Shown: positions 42,291 to 50,921 of the stretch, piece by piece | How positions within the stretch are numbered: position 1 is the first letter of the stretch | Layout of the letters: each line of letters opens with the position of its first letter | Assembly: GCA_024742455.1 (NCBI GenBank) | Contig: JANSYL010000012.1 | Location: forward strand, 17,849 to 81,848 | Length of the DNA stretch: 64,000 nt | Source: Paracoccaceae bacterium | GTDB lineage: Bacteria; Pseudomonadota; Alphaproteobacteria; Rhodobacterales; Rhodobacteraceae | Reading direction: 5' to 3' | The notes under the pieces: model-generated | The model's input: the letters and a program-made list of their open reading frames with translations, nothing else | Database searches by the model: none | What the model was told of the DNA's origin: nothing | Translations under genes and position numbers: made by a program

Positions 42291-44348
42291 ATGACCAACC
42301 TGCCCGATGACGCCCAATTGTTCCGGCTGCTGCGCCGGCTCGATGACGCCCCCGACGCCCCGCAACGGGCGGCGGCCGAGGCGCTTGGCATCAGCCTTGG
42401 CCGGTTCAACGCGCAGCTGCGCGCGGCCACGGAAGCCGGATTGGTGCAGCTGACCGACCGTGACAGCGCCGACCGGCGCAGCCGCGTGGCCTATGCGCTG
42501 ACCCCGAAAGGCGCGGCTGAAAAGGCCCGTCTGGTCGACGCTTTTCTGGCCGCTAAACTGAATGAATACAACGCCCTTCATGCCGAATTGACCGGCACGC
42601 AAAGCCCCCTTCGTCCCCCGAAGCACAGGATGATGACGATGCAATCGAACCTCACCCCGATCCCGGAGCTTTATGTCTCCTACGAAAGCGCCCAGAAGCT
42701 GAAGACAGAGGCCGCTGATCTGCCGTCATGGGACCTGACACCGCGGCAGACCTGTGACCTCGAGCTGTTGATGAACGGCGGTTTCGCGCCGCTGAAAGGG
42801 TTTCTCGGCCAGGCCGATTACGACAGCGTCGTCGATAGCATGCGGCTGGCCGACGGGACGCTCTGGCCGATGCCGATCACGCTGGATGTGAGCCAGGCCT
42901 TTGCCGACAGCATCGAACCCGGCCAGGACATCGCCCTTCGGGATGCCGAGGGCGTGATTCTGGCCATCCTGTCGGTCAGCGACAAATGGCTGCCCAACAA
43001 GAGCCACGAGGCGGAAAAGGTTTACGGTGCCGATGACATCGCGCATCCGGCGGTCAATTACCTGCACCATGTCGCGGGGCCGGTTTACCTGGGCGGCGCG
43101 ATCACGGGCATTCAGCCGCCGGTGCATTACGACTTCCGCGCCCGCCGCGACACGCCCAACGAATTGCGCGCCTATTTCCGCAAACTCGGCTGGCGCCGCA
43201 TCGTGGCCTTCCAGACGCGTAACCCGTTGCACCGCGCGCACCAGGAACTGACCTTCCGGGCCGCCAAGGAGGCACAGGCCAACCTGCTGATCCACCCGGT
43301 CGTCGGCATGACGAAACCGGGCGACGTGGACCATTTCACCCGCGTGCGCTGCTACGAGGCGGTGCTGGACAAATACCCCTCGGCCACCACGACCATGAGC
43401 CTTCTGAACCTGGCCATGCGCATGGCCGGCCCGCGCGAGGCAGTCTGGCACGGGCTGATCCGCAAGAACCACGGCTGCACCCACATGATCGTGGGCCGCG
43501 ACCACGCGGGCCCCGGCAAGAACAGCGCGGGCGAGGATTTCTACGGCCCCTATGACGCGCAGGACCTGTTCCGCCAGCACGAGGCGGATATCGGTATCGA
43601 AATGGTCGATTTCAAACACATGGTCTTCGTGCAGGAACGCGCGCAATACGAGCCGGCGGATGAGATCGCCGACAAGGACAATGTCACGATCCTCAACATC
43701 TCGGGTACGGAACTGCGCCGCCGGTTGCGCGAGGGGCTGGAGATCCCGGAATGGTTCTCTTTCCCCGAGGTGGTGCGCGAACTGCGCCGCACCTCACCGC
43801 CGCGCAGCCAGCAGGGCTTTACCGTGTTCTTCACCGGGCTGTCCGGGTCCGGCAAATCGACCATCGCCAATGCGCTGATGGTCAAGCTGATGGAGATGGG
43901 CGGGCGACCCACGACCCTGCTCGATGGTGACGTGGTCCGGAAACACCTGTCCTCCGAGCTTGGGTTTTCCAAGGAACATCGCGACATCAATATCCGCCGC
44001 ATCGGCTATGTTGCCTCCGAGATCACCAAGAACGGCGGCATCGCGATATGTGCGCCCATCGCGCCCTATACCGCGACCCGGCGGGCGGTGCGCGAGATGG
44101 TGGAGGCCTACGGCGCCTTCGTTGAGGTGCATGTCGCAACGTCGCTGGAGGAATGCGAACGCCGTGACCGCAAAGGGCTCTACAAGCTGGCGCGCGAAGG
44201 CAAGATCAAGGAATTCACAGGAATTTCAGATCCTTACGAGGCCCCGACCAATGCCGAACTGGTCGTCGATACCGAAAGCGTCGATGTCGATTACTGCGCC
44301 CAGCAGGTTCTGCTGAAGCTGGAGAGCATGGGCCTGATCGCGGCCTGA
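42291..44348 (+). CDS. Bifunctional sulfate adenylyltransferase / adenylylsulfate kinase (PAPS synthase) with an in-frame N-terminal EPS-associated MarR-type winged-helix domain
   Basis: Residues 1-105 or so (QRAAAEALGISLGRFNAQLRAATEAGLV...YALTPKGAAEKARLVDAFLAAKLNEYNALHAEL) match the small EPS-associated MarR regulator family. The rest carries ATP sulfurylase motifs (QTRNPLHRAH, VGRDHAGPG) and the APS kinase P-loop (GLSGSGKST). No stop codon separates the parts. An internal ATG at 42639 has AGGA 8 nt upstream. Confidence 0.85.
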   Translation: MTNLPDDAQLFRLLRRLDDAPDAPQRAAAEALGISLGRFNAQLRAATEAGLVQLTDRDSADRRSRVAYALTPKGAAEKARLVDAFLAAKLNEYNALHAELTGTQSPLRPPKHRMMTMQSNLTPIPELYVSYESAQKLKTEAADLPSWDLTPRQTCDLELLMNGGFAPLKGFLGQADYDSVVDSMRLADGTLWPMPITLDVSQAFADSIEPGQDIALRDAEGVILAILSVSDKWLPNKSHEAEKVYGADDIAHPAVNYLHHVAGPVYLGGAITGIQPPVHYDFRARRDTPNELRAYFRKLGWRRIVAFQTRNPLHRAHQELTFRAAKEAQANLLIHPVVGMTKPGDVDHFTRVRCYEAVLDKYPSATTTMSLLNLAMRMAGPREAVWHGLIRKNHGCTHMIVGRDHAGPGKNSAGEDFYGPYDAQDLFRQHEADIGIEMVDFKHMVFVQERAQYEPADEIADKDNVTILNISGTELRRRLREGLEIPEWFSFPEVVRELRRTSPPRSQQGFTVFFTGLSGSGKSTIANALMVKLMEMGGRPTTLLDGDVVRKHLSSELGFSKEHRDINIRRIGYVASEITKNGGIAICAPIAPYTATRRAVREMVEAYGAFVEVHVATSLEECERRDRKGLYKLAREGKIKEFTGISDPYEAPTNAELVVDTESVDVDYCAQQVLLKLESMGLIAA

Positions 44349-44421
44349 CGGGCATTTGCCGCCGAGGCGTTGGCGCAGGGTGCGTTGCCCCCTGCCTGAC
44401 AGGTATCCTGAAAACAAGGAC

Positions 44422-44455
44422 GGGCGGGAGTGTGCGCCCATCCCGCCCTTTCTCC
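44422..44455 (+). terminator. Probable rho-independent terminator after the PAPS synthase gene
   Basis: The stem GGGCGGGA/TCCCGCCC has an 11-nt loop and is followed by TTTCTCC. Confidence 0.5.
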
Positions 44456-44471
44456 CGGTGGTCCGTGCCGG

Positions 44472-44729
44472 TTACTGGCAGGGGGCCTCGAACACCTCGC
44501 CGGTGCGGGTGTTGCGGTAGAGGCAGTTGCGCTGCGTGGGTTGGCTGGCACCGATCGCGGTGCCGATCGCCGCCCCGGCGAGCGTTGCCCCAACGCGCCC
44601 CTCGGCCTGGCCGAACTGGCTGCCGATGGCGGCCCCGGCCAGCGCGCCGGTTGCCGCGTTCAGCGACGGATCATTGGTGCAACCGGCCACGAACAGACCG
44701 GCAGCAGCGAGAATTGCGAGACGTTTCAT
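44472..44729 (-). CDS. Glycine-zipper small lipoprotein (17-kDa surface-antigen-like)
   Basis: MKRLAILAAAGLFVAGC carries the lipobox. It is followed by GxxxG/A repeats (GALAGAAIGSQFG...GATLAGAAIGTAIGA). The start was set at 44729. Confidence 0.7.
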   Translation of the reverse strand: MKRLAILAAAGLFVAGCTNDPSLNAATGALAGAAIGSQFGQAEGRVGATLAGAAIGTAIGASQPTQRNCLYRNTRTGEVFEAPCQ

Positions 44730-44899
44730 CGGTAGGCACCTTTCGTTTGGTCGAAGCAATAACCGCACGGTCCCCAGGGCGGCCGGACGAGCATGACCCG
44801 CCGCCATGATGGCGTGAACGCACAAGCCTGTGAAAGGGCTGTGTCGACGGAATTCCGCCGATCGGGCAGCTGGGGCAGCAGCCGGGTGCCGGAGGCGCC

Positions 44900-46372
44900 T
44901 CAGCCGTCCGTTGCGGTTTCGCCCGGCCCGGTCTCGGTCGTGTCCGGATCGGCGGCGGGGGCGGGGGCATCGCCCGCCCCCGAGGTCGGCAACCCGTTTT
45001 CCCAATCGCCTTCCACCACCTCGCCCGAGGCATATCGCATGATGCCCTGGCCCTGACGGCGGCCATCGACGAACTGGCCCTCGTACACATCGCCGTTGGA
45101 ATAGGTGGCCACGCCCGTCCCGTTGATCTCCCCATCGGCCCACTGGCCTTCATAAGTGAACCCGTCGGGCATCGTCAGACGCCCCTGGCCTGCGCGCTCG
45201 CCCGCCTCGAACATGCCTTCGTAGACGCTGCCGTCGGTATAGGTGGCGGTGCCCTGGCCATGCCGCAGCCCCGCCTCCCAGCCACCGTCATAGCGGTAGC
45301 CGTCGGGATGGGTCATCACGCCCTGCCCGTGCTGAAGGCCGTCGACGAACTCACCCTCATAAACCAGACCATTGGCATAACGCGCCGTTCCCGTGCCCTC
45401 GATCACGCCGGCAACCCATTCGCCCTCGTAAGAGGAGCCGTCGGGGTAGGTGATCGTGCCGCTGCCATTGGCCAGATCATCTTCGAACTGGCCCGTATAG
45501 ACGGACCCATCGGGATAGGTGACCTCACCCTGCCCGGCGATGCGGCCCGCGCGCCATTCGCCGACATAGATATACCCGTCGGCACCGGTGAAGGTGCCCT
45601 GCCCTTCACGGCGGTCATCGTTGAACTCGCCCTGGTAGATATCGCCATTGGCATAGGTGACGGTGCCGGTGCCCTGGCGGCGGCCATTGACCAGGCTGCC
45701 CTCGTAGACATCGCCATTGGGCTGCGACAGCACACCTTCGCCGTTGATCTGGCCCTCGGCCCAGGCGCCTTCGTAGACGACGCCATCGGCCATCTCCAGC
45801 CGCCCGGTTCCCGACCGCTGCCCGGCCTCGAACTGGCCGGTATATACGGCGCCGTCGGGATAGGTGATCGTGCCCTGCCCGCTTTTCAGCCCCGCCTCCC
45901 AGCCGCCTTCATAGCGGTATCCGTTGGGGCCGGTCATGACGCCCTGACCATGGTGAAGCGCGTTCTGGAATTCGCCCTCATAGGTCACGCCGTTGGAATA
46001 GACGGCCACGCCCGCGCCATGGATGCGGCCTTCCTGCCAGGTGCCGGTATAGGTCGACCCATCGGCAAAGGTGATCGTGCCTTCGCCCTCGGGCCGCCCG
46101 GCCAGAAACGTGCCCTCATAGACCGACCCGTCGGGAAAGGTGGCGCGGCCCTGGCCGCGGATCTCGCCATCGACCCATTCCCCGGTGTATTCATACCCGT
46201 TGGGCAGGCGGTAGGTGCCGGTGCCATGCTGCACCCCGCCCCGGAACTCACCCTCGTAGATGCCGCCATTGTCGTATTGCTGGATATCGACCGTGACCTC
46301 ACCCTGGGCCAGCGCGGTCTGCGCCGCGCCCAGCGCCAGCGCCAGGGCGAAACCCCGGATCACACTCCGCAT
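44900..46372 (-). CDS. Secreted MORN-repeat protein (19 tandem 23-aa repeats)
   Basis: The signal peptide MRSVIRGFALALALGAAQTALAQ is followed by 19 units of Y-x-G-x-[FW]-x2-G-x3-G-x-G-x6-G. The tail is acidic and Pro/Thr-rich. The start was moved to 46372. Confidence 0.8.
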   Translation of the reverse strand: MRSVIRGFALALALGAAQTALAQGEVTVDIQQYDNGGIYEGEFRGGVQHGTGTYRLPNGYEYTGEWVDGEIRGQGRATFPDGSVYEGTFLAGRPEGEGTITFADGSTYTGTWQEGRIHGAGVAVYSNGVTYEGEFQNALHHGQGVMTGPNGYRYEGGWEAGLKSGQGTITYPDGAVYTGQFEAGQRSGTGRLEMADGVVYEGAWAEGQINGEGVLSQPNGDVYEGSLVNGRRQGTGTVTYANGDIYQGEFNDDRREGQGTFTGADGYIYVGEWRAGRIAGQGEVTYPDGSVYTGQFEDDLANGSGTITYPDGSSYEGEWVAGVIEGTGTARYANGLVYEGEFVDGLQHGQGVMTHPDGYRYDGGWEAGLRHGQGTATYTDGSVYEGMFEAGERAGQGRLTMPDGFTYEGQWADGEINGTGVATYSNGDVYEGQFVDGRRQGQGIMRYASGEVVEGDWENGLPTSGAGDAPAPAADPDTTETGPGETATDG

Positions 46373-46540
46373 CAGCCCGCCTGTGAATTGCTGTCGCACG
46401 GGTCGCTCCCCCATTGCTCGCATTCGCCCCTCGCTGCGTAAGCTAGGGGACGGTCCGGGGCCGTGCAATGTCTTTCACCCCCGGCTTGGCGCGGGCGGGC
46501 GATCTGCTACATGTCGGCGCGAACGGCGAAGGAGCATCCC

Positions 46541-48205
46541 ATGTCCGACCGGTTCCGCCTGACCCTGGCGCAACTCAACCCCACGGTGGGCGACCTCGCG
46601 GGAAACGCGGAGATGGCGCGCGCGGCCTGGGCCGAGGCGCGGGATGCACGGGCCGACATGATCGCGTTTCCCGAGATGTTCCTGACCGGCTACCAGTTGC
46701 AGGACCTCGTGAAGAAACCGGCCTTTGCCGCCGACGTCCAGCGCGTTCTGGCGCAACTGGCCGAGGATTGCACCGATGGCCCCACCATCGGCATCGGCGG
46801 CCCGTTGCCCGGCGGCGACAAGCCCTTCAACGGATATTTCGTGCTGTCGGGCGGGCGGATGCAGGCGCAGATCCTCAAACACCACCTGCCCAATTACGCG
46901 GTGTTCGACGAAAAGCGCTATTACCACGCGGGCGATCCGTCCGGCCCGGTGCAGGTCGGCCCAGTGCGCATCGGCATCCCGATCTGCGAGGATGCGTGGT
47001 TCGAGGATGTCTGCGAAACCCTGCAGGAAACCGGTGCCGAAATCCTGATGGTACCCAACGGGTCGCCCTATCACCGGGGCAAGATGGATATCCGCCAATC
47101 CATCATGGTCTCCCGCGTGGTCGAGACGGGGTTGCCGCTGGTCTATCTGAACCTGCTGGGCGGGCAGGACGACCAGATGTTTGACGGGGCCAGTTTCGTG
47201 CTGAACCCCGGCGGGGTGCTGACGCACCAGATGCCCGCCTTCGAGGCGGGGCTGTTCCATGTCGATTTCCAGCACGGCAGCGAAGGCTGGCGTGCGATCC
47301 CGGGCGAGAAGGCGCATCTGCCCGACCCGTGGGAGGCCGACTACCGCGTCATGGTCGAGGCGCTGCGCGACTATTTCGCGAAGACAGGGTTTGCCAAGGC
47401 GGTCCTCGGGCTGTCGGGCGGGGTCGATTCCGCGCTGGTCGCCACCATTGCCGCCGATGCGCTGGGGCCGGAAAACGTGCGCTGCGTGATGCTGCCCTCG
47501 CGCTATACCTCGCAGACCTCGCTTGAGGATGCGGAAGGGGTGGCCAACCGGCTGGGTACAAGGCTGGATACCGTGTCGATCGGCGGCGCGCATGCGGCGG
47601 TGACCGAGGCGCTGGCCCCCGTCTTCAACGGGGCCGAACCGGGTATCGCCGAGGAAAACATCCAGTCGCGCCTGCGCGGCGTGATGCTGATGGGGCTCAG
47701 CAACAAGTTCGGCGAAATGCTCCTGACCACCGGCAACAAGTCCGAGGTCGCGGTGGGCTATGCCACGATCTACGGCGACATGGCGGGCGGCTACAACCCG
47801 ATCAAGGATCTCTACAAGACCCGCGTGTTCGAAACCTGCCGCTGGCGCAACGCCAATCACCGCCCCTGGATGAAGGCGCCTGCGGGCGAGGTCATTCCGC
47901 CCCGCGTGATCGACAAGCCCCCCACCGCCGAGTTGCGCGAGGATCAGAAGGACGAGGACAGCCTGCCGCCCTACGAAGTGCTGGATGTCATCCTGGAAAT
48001 GCTGATCGACAAGGAGGCGTCCGTCGCCGATGTGGTCGCCGCAGGCTATGACCGGGAAACGGTGAAAAAGGTCGAACACCTGATTTACATCAGTGAATAC
48101 AAAAGGTTCCAGTCCGCGCCCGGTGCGCGGCTGACCGAACGCGCGTTCTGGCTCGACCGGCGCTATCCCATCGTGAACCGCTGGCGCGACAACGGGCAGG
48201 GATGA
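46541..48205 (+). CDS. nadE: Glutamine-dependent NAD+ synthetase
   Basis: An N-terminal nitrilase (CN-hydrolase) domain is followed by a C-terminal NAD synthetase domain with the SGGVDS PP-loop. The ATG is preceded by GAAGGAG. Confidence 0.93.
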   Translation: MSDRFRLTLAQLNPTVGDLAGNAEMARAAWAEARDARADMIAFPEMFLTGYQLQDLVKKPAFAADVQRVLAQLAEDCTDGPTIGIGGPLPGGDKPFNGYFVLSGGRMQAQILKHHLPNYAVFDEKRYYHAGDPSGPVQVGPVRIGIPICEDAWFEDVCETLQETGAEILMVPNGSPYHRGKMDIRQSIMVSRVVETGLPLVYLNLLGGQDDQMFDGASFVLNPGGVLTHQMPAFEAGLFHVDFQHGSEGWRAIPGEKAHLPDPWEADYRVMVEALRDYFAKTGFAKAVLGLSGGVDSALVATIAADALGPENVRCVMLPSRYTSQTSLEDAEGVANRLGTRLDTVSIGGAHAAVTEALAPVFNGAEPGIAEENIQSRLRGVMLMGLSNKFGEMLLTTGNKSEVAVGYATIYGDMAGGYNPIKDLYKTRVFETCRWRNANHRPWMKAPAGEVIPPRVIDKPPTAELREDQKDEDSLPPYEVLDVILEMLIDKEASVADVVAAGYDRETVKKVEHLIYISEYKRFQSAPGARLTERAFWLDRRYPIVNRWRDNGQG

Positions 48206-48212
48206 GGGGCAC

Positions 48213-48722
48213 CTGACCCTGCGGCCCGGCGCCGGCATCCCGGTGTATTTCGTCTGCGCGCTAACGTTCTGCCTGGGCCTAGGTCTGGCCTATGCCACCG
48301 GGGCGCTGCACGACAGCGACGTCTTCGTGGACACCGGCATCCTTTAGGCCGTGCCACTGGTCTTTCCCGCCGTCTTGTATCTGGCCTGGCGCCTTTACCT
48401 GGTCCTCGCAGGCACGCAGGATTTCGTCATCGCGCCCGAAGGGATCCGCCTGGGACCACGGGGGCGGGTTCCATGGGCCCGGATTGACCGCGCCGATCTG
48501 AACGGAGCGATGAAGGCGATCTTCGTCCATGCCGCCGAAGCGGGGATCACCCTGCCGGTGGTGCAGGATCTGGGTGGCCCGGCGTGCCTGCGCCCATCAT
48601 CGCCCTTCGGGGCGGGTCGAGGCCGTCATTCGCCGCGCCTCATGTCGGCTCCGTCATCGCACCGATCCTGCAGCCCGCGAACGCGAGGCCAAGCAAAGCT
48701 GTCAGCCGGCCCGAAGGCCTAG
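48213..48722 (+). pseudogene. Possible disrupted gene for a small two-TM membrane protein with a PH-like tail, carrying an in-frame TAG at 48345-48347
   Basis: One reading frame gives LTLRPGAGIPVYFVCALTFCLGLGLAYATGALHDSDVFVDTGIL-stop-AVPLVFPAVLYLAWRLYLVLAGTQDFVIAPEGIRLGPRGRVPWARIDRADL. Third-position GC drops in the last 150 nt or so, and another frame looks more coding there. Confidence 0.35.
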
Positions 48723-48729
48723 GGCCCGC

Positions 48730-49182
48730 TCAGCGTTGGTATTTGATGAACGGTGTCAGCGTGGCGATCCGGTCGTAAAGCCGGCGCGCCGTGGTGTTGT
48801 GATCCTGCGTCGTCCAATAGACTACCGGTGCCCCATCGGCATCGGCCTGGGCATAGACCGCCTGGATCAACGCGCGCCCGACGCCGGTGCCGCGCGCTTC
48901 GGGCGCGGCGTACAGGTCCTGCAGGTAACACACCCGCTCCACCCGCCAGCAATGGGCGTGGTAAAGGTAATGGACCAGTCCGACCGCCTTTCCACCAACC
49001 CATGCCAGCCGGCCCGAGGGCATCCAGGGATCGTCCGACAACAGACGGTCGAAGGTGGTGGCATAGACGTCTTCCGGCACGGTGGTTTCATAGAACGCCA
49101 GATACCCGGTCCATAGCGCACGCCAGACCACGTTATCCTCTGCCGCGACCGGGCGGATGTCGATGGACGGATCGCTTGGCAT
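48730..49182 (-). CDS. GNAT family N-acetyltransferase
   Basis: Has the acetyl-CoA-binding segment YLQDLYAAPEARGTGVGRALI. The start was set at MPSDPSIDIRP. Confidence 0.85.
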   Translation of the reverse strand: MPSDPSIDIRPVAAEDNVVWRALWTGYLAFYETTVPEDVYATTFDRLLSDDPWMPSGRLAWVGGKAVGLVHYLYHAHCWRVERVCYLQDLYAAPEARGTGVGRALIQAVYAQADADGAPVVYWTTQDHNTTARRLYDRIATLTPFIKYQR

Positions 49183-49295
49183 CGGACCTGATCCTTTCGG
49201 GTTTCGCCGCCCGCAGCCTAGCCTGCGCCCCGATACGGGCAACGAAAAAGGGCACCGCGCCGGGTGCCCTTTCTCAATCGGATCAAGAACCGGGA

Positions 49296-49523
49296 TCAGT
49301 GGACGCTGACCGGCGCCATGTCGTTCTGCCGCGCCACGACAAAGGCCAGCTTTCGGTCCCTGACCAGCGCCAGTTGCTGCCCGTCCTCATTGCCGATGGC
49401 GTACAGCGTCTCTAGCCCCTTGGCCTGCGCCTGCACATCCTCGGGCAGGTCGGCCACGGCGACGGGGCGGATGTAGACGATGGGCCGTGCGCCCTGATCA
49501 GGGGTATGGGTGTCTTCGGTCAT
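49296..49523 (-). CDS. DUF1150 family protein
   Basis: At 75 aa, IVYIRPVAVADLPEDVQ...LYAIGNEDGQQLALVRDRKLAFVVARQNDM resembles DUF1150. It lies immediately downstream of hsp20, which I recall as the usual partner gene. Confidence 0.7.
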   Translation of the reverse strand: MTEDTHTPDQGARPIVYIRPVAVADLPEDVQAQAKGLETLYAIGNEDGQQLALVRDRKLAFVVARQNDMAPVSVH

Positions 49524-49524
49524 A

Positions 49525-49944
49525 TCATTTGCCTCCGCTCGTGATCTTGATCGTCTTCACCACCGCCTCGGGGACGGCTCGCGTCAGGTCGACATGGAGC
49601 AATCCGTTTTCGGTCACAGCCCCCGCCACCTCGACCCCGTCAGCCAGCACGAAACTGCGCTGGAACTGTCGCGCCGCAATCCCGCGATGCAGGAACACGC
49701 GGTCGGCACCGTCGTCGGTCTGCTTGCCCCGGATCACCAGTTGACGGTCCTCGACGGTGATCGACAGGTCCGCCTCGGAAAACCCCGCCACGGCCAGCGT
49801 TATGCGGAACGCATTGTCGCTCTGCTGTTCGATATTGTAGGGCGGGTAGCCCTCATTGCCGGTCTTGGCGGTGCGTTCGACGAGGCGTTCCAGCTCGTCA
49901 AAGCCCAGAAGGAACGGGTGGGACCCGAGCATCAGTTTCGTCAT
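49525..49944 (-). CDS. Hsp20 / alpha-crystallin family small heat-shock protein
   Basis: YPPYNIEQQSDNAFRITLAVAGFSEADLSITVEDRQLVIRG...ARQFQRSF is an IbpA-like alpha-crystallin domain. AAGGA lies 8 nt before the ATG at 49944. Confidence 0.9.
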   Translation of the reverse strand: MTKLMLGSHPFLLGFDELERLVERTAKTGNEGYPPYNIEQQSDNAFRITLAVAGFSEADLSITVEDRQLVIRGKQTDDGADRVFLHRGIAARQFQRSFVLADGVEVAGAVTENGLLHVDLTRAVPEAVVKTIKITSGGK

Positions 49945-50011
49945 GCCGCACATCCTTTGTGGTAAAGCGATCTGCATGGGGGCGCCCCTTTCGGCGACGC
50001 CGTTGCCACGA

Positions 50012-50040
50012 ATATGGGAGGCAGGCGCGCCCGCGACAAC
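50012..50040 (-). promoter_or_regulatory. Candidate sigma-32 (RpoH)-type promoter for hsp20
   Basis: The minus strand reads GTTGTCG-N13-CTCCCATAT about 60 nt upstream of the hsp20 ATG. The -10 element resembles the CCCCATNT heat-shock consensus. The -35 element is weak. Confidence 0.3.
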
Positions 50041-50146
50041 CCCGCCGGGCAAGGCTTGGCGGCCTGCAGGGAACGCGGTAACCTGCATGGCCTGCCGGGT
50101 TCCGCCGGGGGCCGCCACCCAAACCGAAGGCCGCGAGACGCAGATC

Positions 50147-50365
50147 ATGACCCCACCCGTGGAGATGACGCATGAGGATGTTTTGCGCCTCAAGCTCGAG
50201 GTCCTGCGCCGCGAGCATCGTGATCTGGATGCCGCGATCGAGGCCCTGCAGGAACAGGTGAACCCCGACCAGCTGACGCTCAGGCGCCTGAAAAAGCAAA
50301 AGCTCGGACTGAAGGATCGGATCGCCCGGATCGAGGATGAACTGACCCCCGATATCATCGCCTGA
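50147..50365 (+). CDS. DUF465 (YdcH-like) family protein
   Basis: This 72-aa coiled coil reads LRREHRDLDAAIEAL...LRRLKKQKLGLKDRIARIE, typical of DUF465. Confidence 0.75.
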   Translation: MTPPVEMTHEDVLRLKLEVLRREHRDLDAAIEALQEQVNPDQLTLRRLKKQKLGLKDRIARIEDELTPDIIA

Positions 50366-50432
50366 CCATTCCGTTGCACCGCCCGTGGGCGTGGCTATAG
50401 TGCGGCGTTTCAGGCGGTAAGGGTGCGTTCGC

Positions 50433-50921
50433 ATGGCGGAGATCGAGATCGGCATCATCATGGGCAGCCAGTCCGACTGGCCGACCATGAAGCTTGCCGC
50501 CGGGGTGCTGGACGAATTGGGCCTCGCCTATGAAACCCGGATCGTGTCGGCGCACCGCACGCCCGACCGGCTGTGGGACTATGGCCGGACAGCCGCCGAC
50601 CGGGGGCTGAAGGTGATCATCGCAGGCGCGGGCGGGGCGGCGCATCTGCCGGGCATGATGGCGTCGAAAACCCGGGTGCCGGTGATCGGGGTGCCGGTCG
50701 AAACACGGGCCCTGTCGGGTGTCGACAGCCTCTATTCCATCGTCCAGATGCCCAAGGGCTACCCGGTCGCCACCATGGCCATCGGGGCGGCGGGCGCGGC
50801 AAATGCAGGGCTGATGGCGGCCGCCATCCTCGCCACCTCCGATGCCGACCTGGCCCACCGCCTCGATGCCTGGCGCGCCGCGCTATCGGCCTCGATCCCC
50901 GAGGCACCGAGTGATGACTGA
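50433..50921 (+). CDS. purE: 5-(carboxyamino)imidazole ribonucleotide mutase
   Basis: [18 protein letters not shown] and [13 protein letters not shown] are PurE class I motifs. Confidence 0.95.
   Translation: MAEIEIGIIMGSQSDWPTMKLAAGVLDELGLAYETRIVSAHRTPDRLWDYGRTAADRGLKVIIAGAGGAAHLPGMMASKTRVPVIGVPVETRALSGVDSLYSIVQMPKGYPVATMAIGAAGAANAGLMAAAILATSDADLAHRLDAWRAALSASIPEAPSDD

Noticed and set aside
44900-46372. Regularly spaced DNA repeats, considered as a possible CRISPR array or satellite.
   Set aside because: The 69-nt periodicity is in frame and encodes 23-aa MORN units in one long ORF with a signal peptide. There is no alternation of identical repeats with unique spacers and no cas genes.
46475-48238. 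A 587-aa minus-strand ORF.
   Set aside because: It is antisense to nadE, which has unmistakable nitrilase and NAD-synthetase motifs. It is a GC-driven artefact.
49945-50011. A possible ROSE-type RNA thermometer in the hsp20 5' UTR.
   Set aside because: The leader is only about 60 nt. I could not fold a convincing hairpin that pairs a U(U/C)GCU anti-SD stretch with the AAGGA Shine-Dalgarno sequence; only a 4-bp CTTT/AAAG stem is visible.
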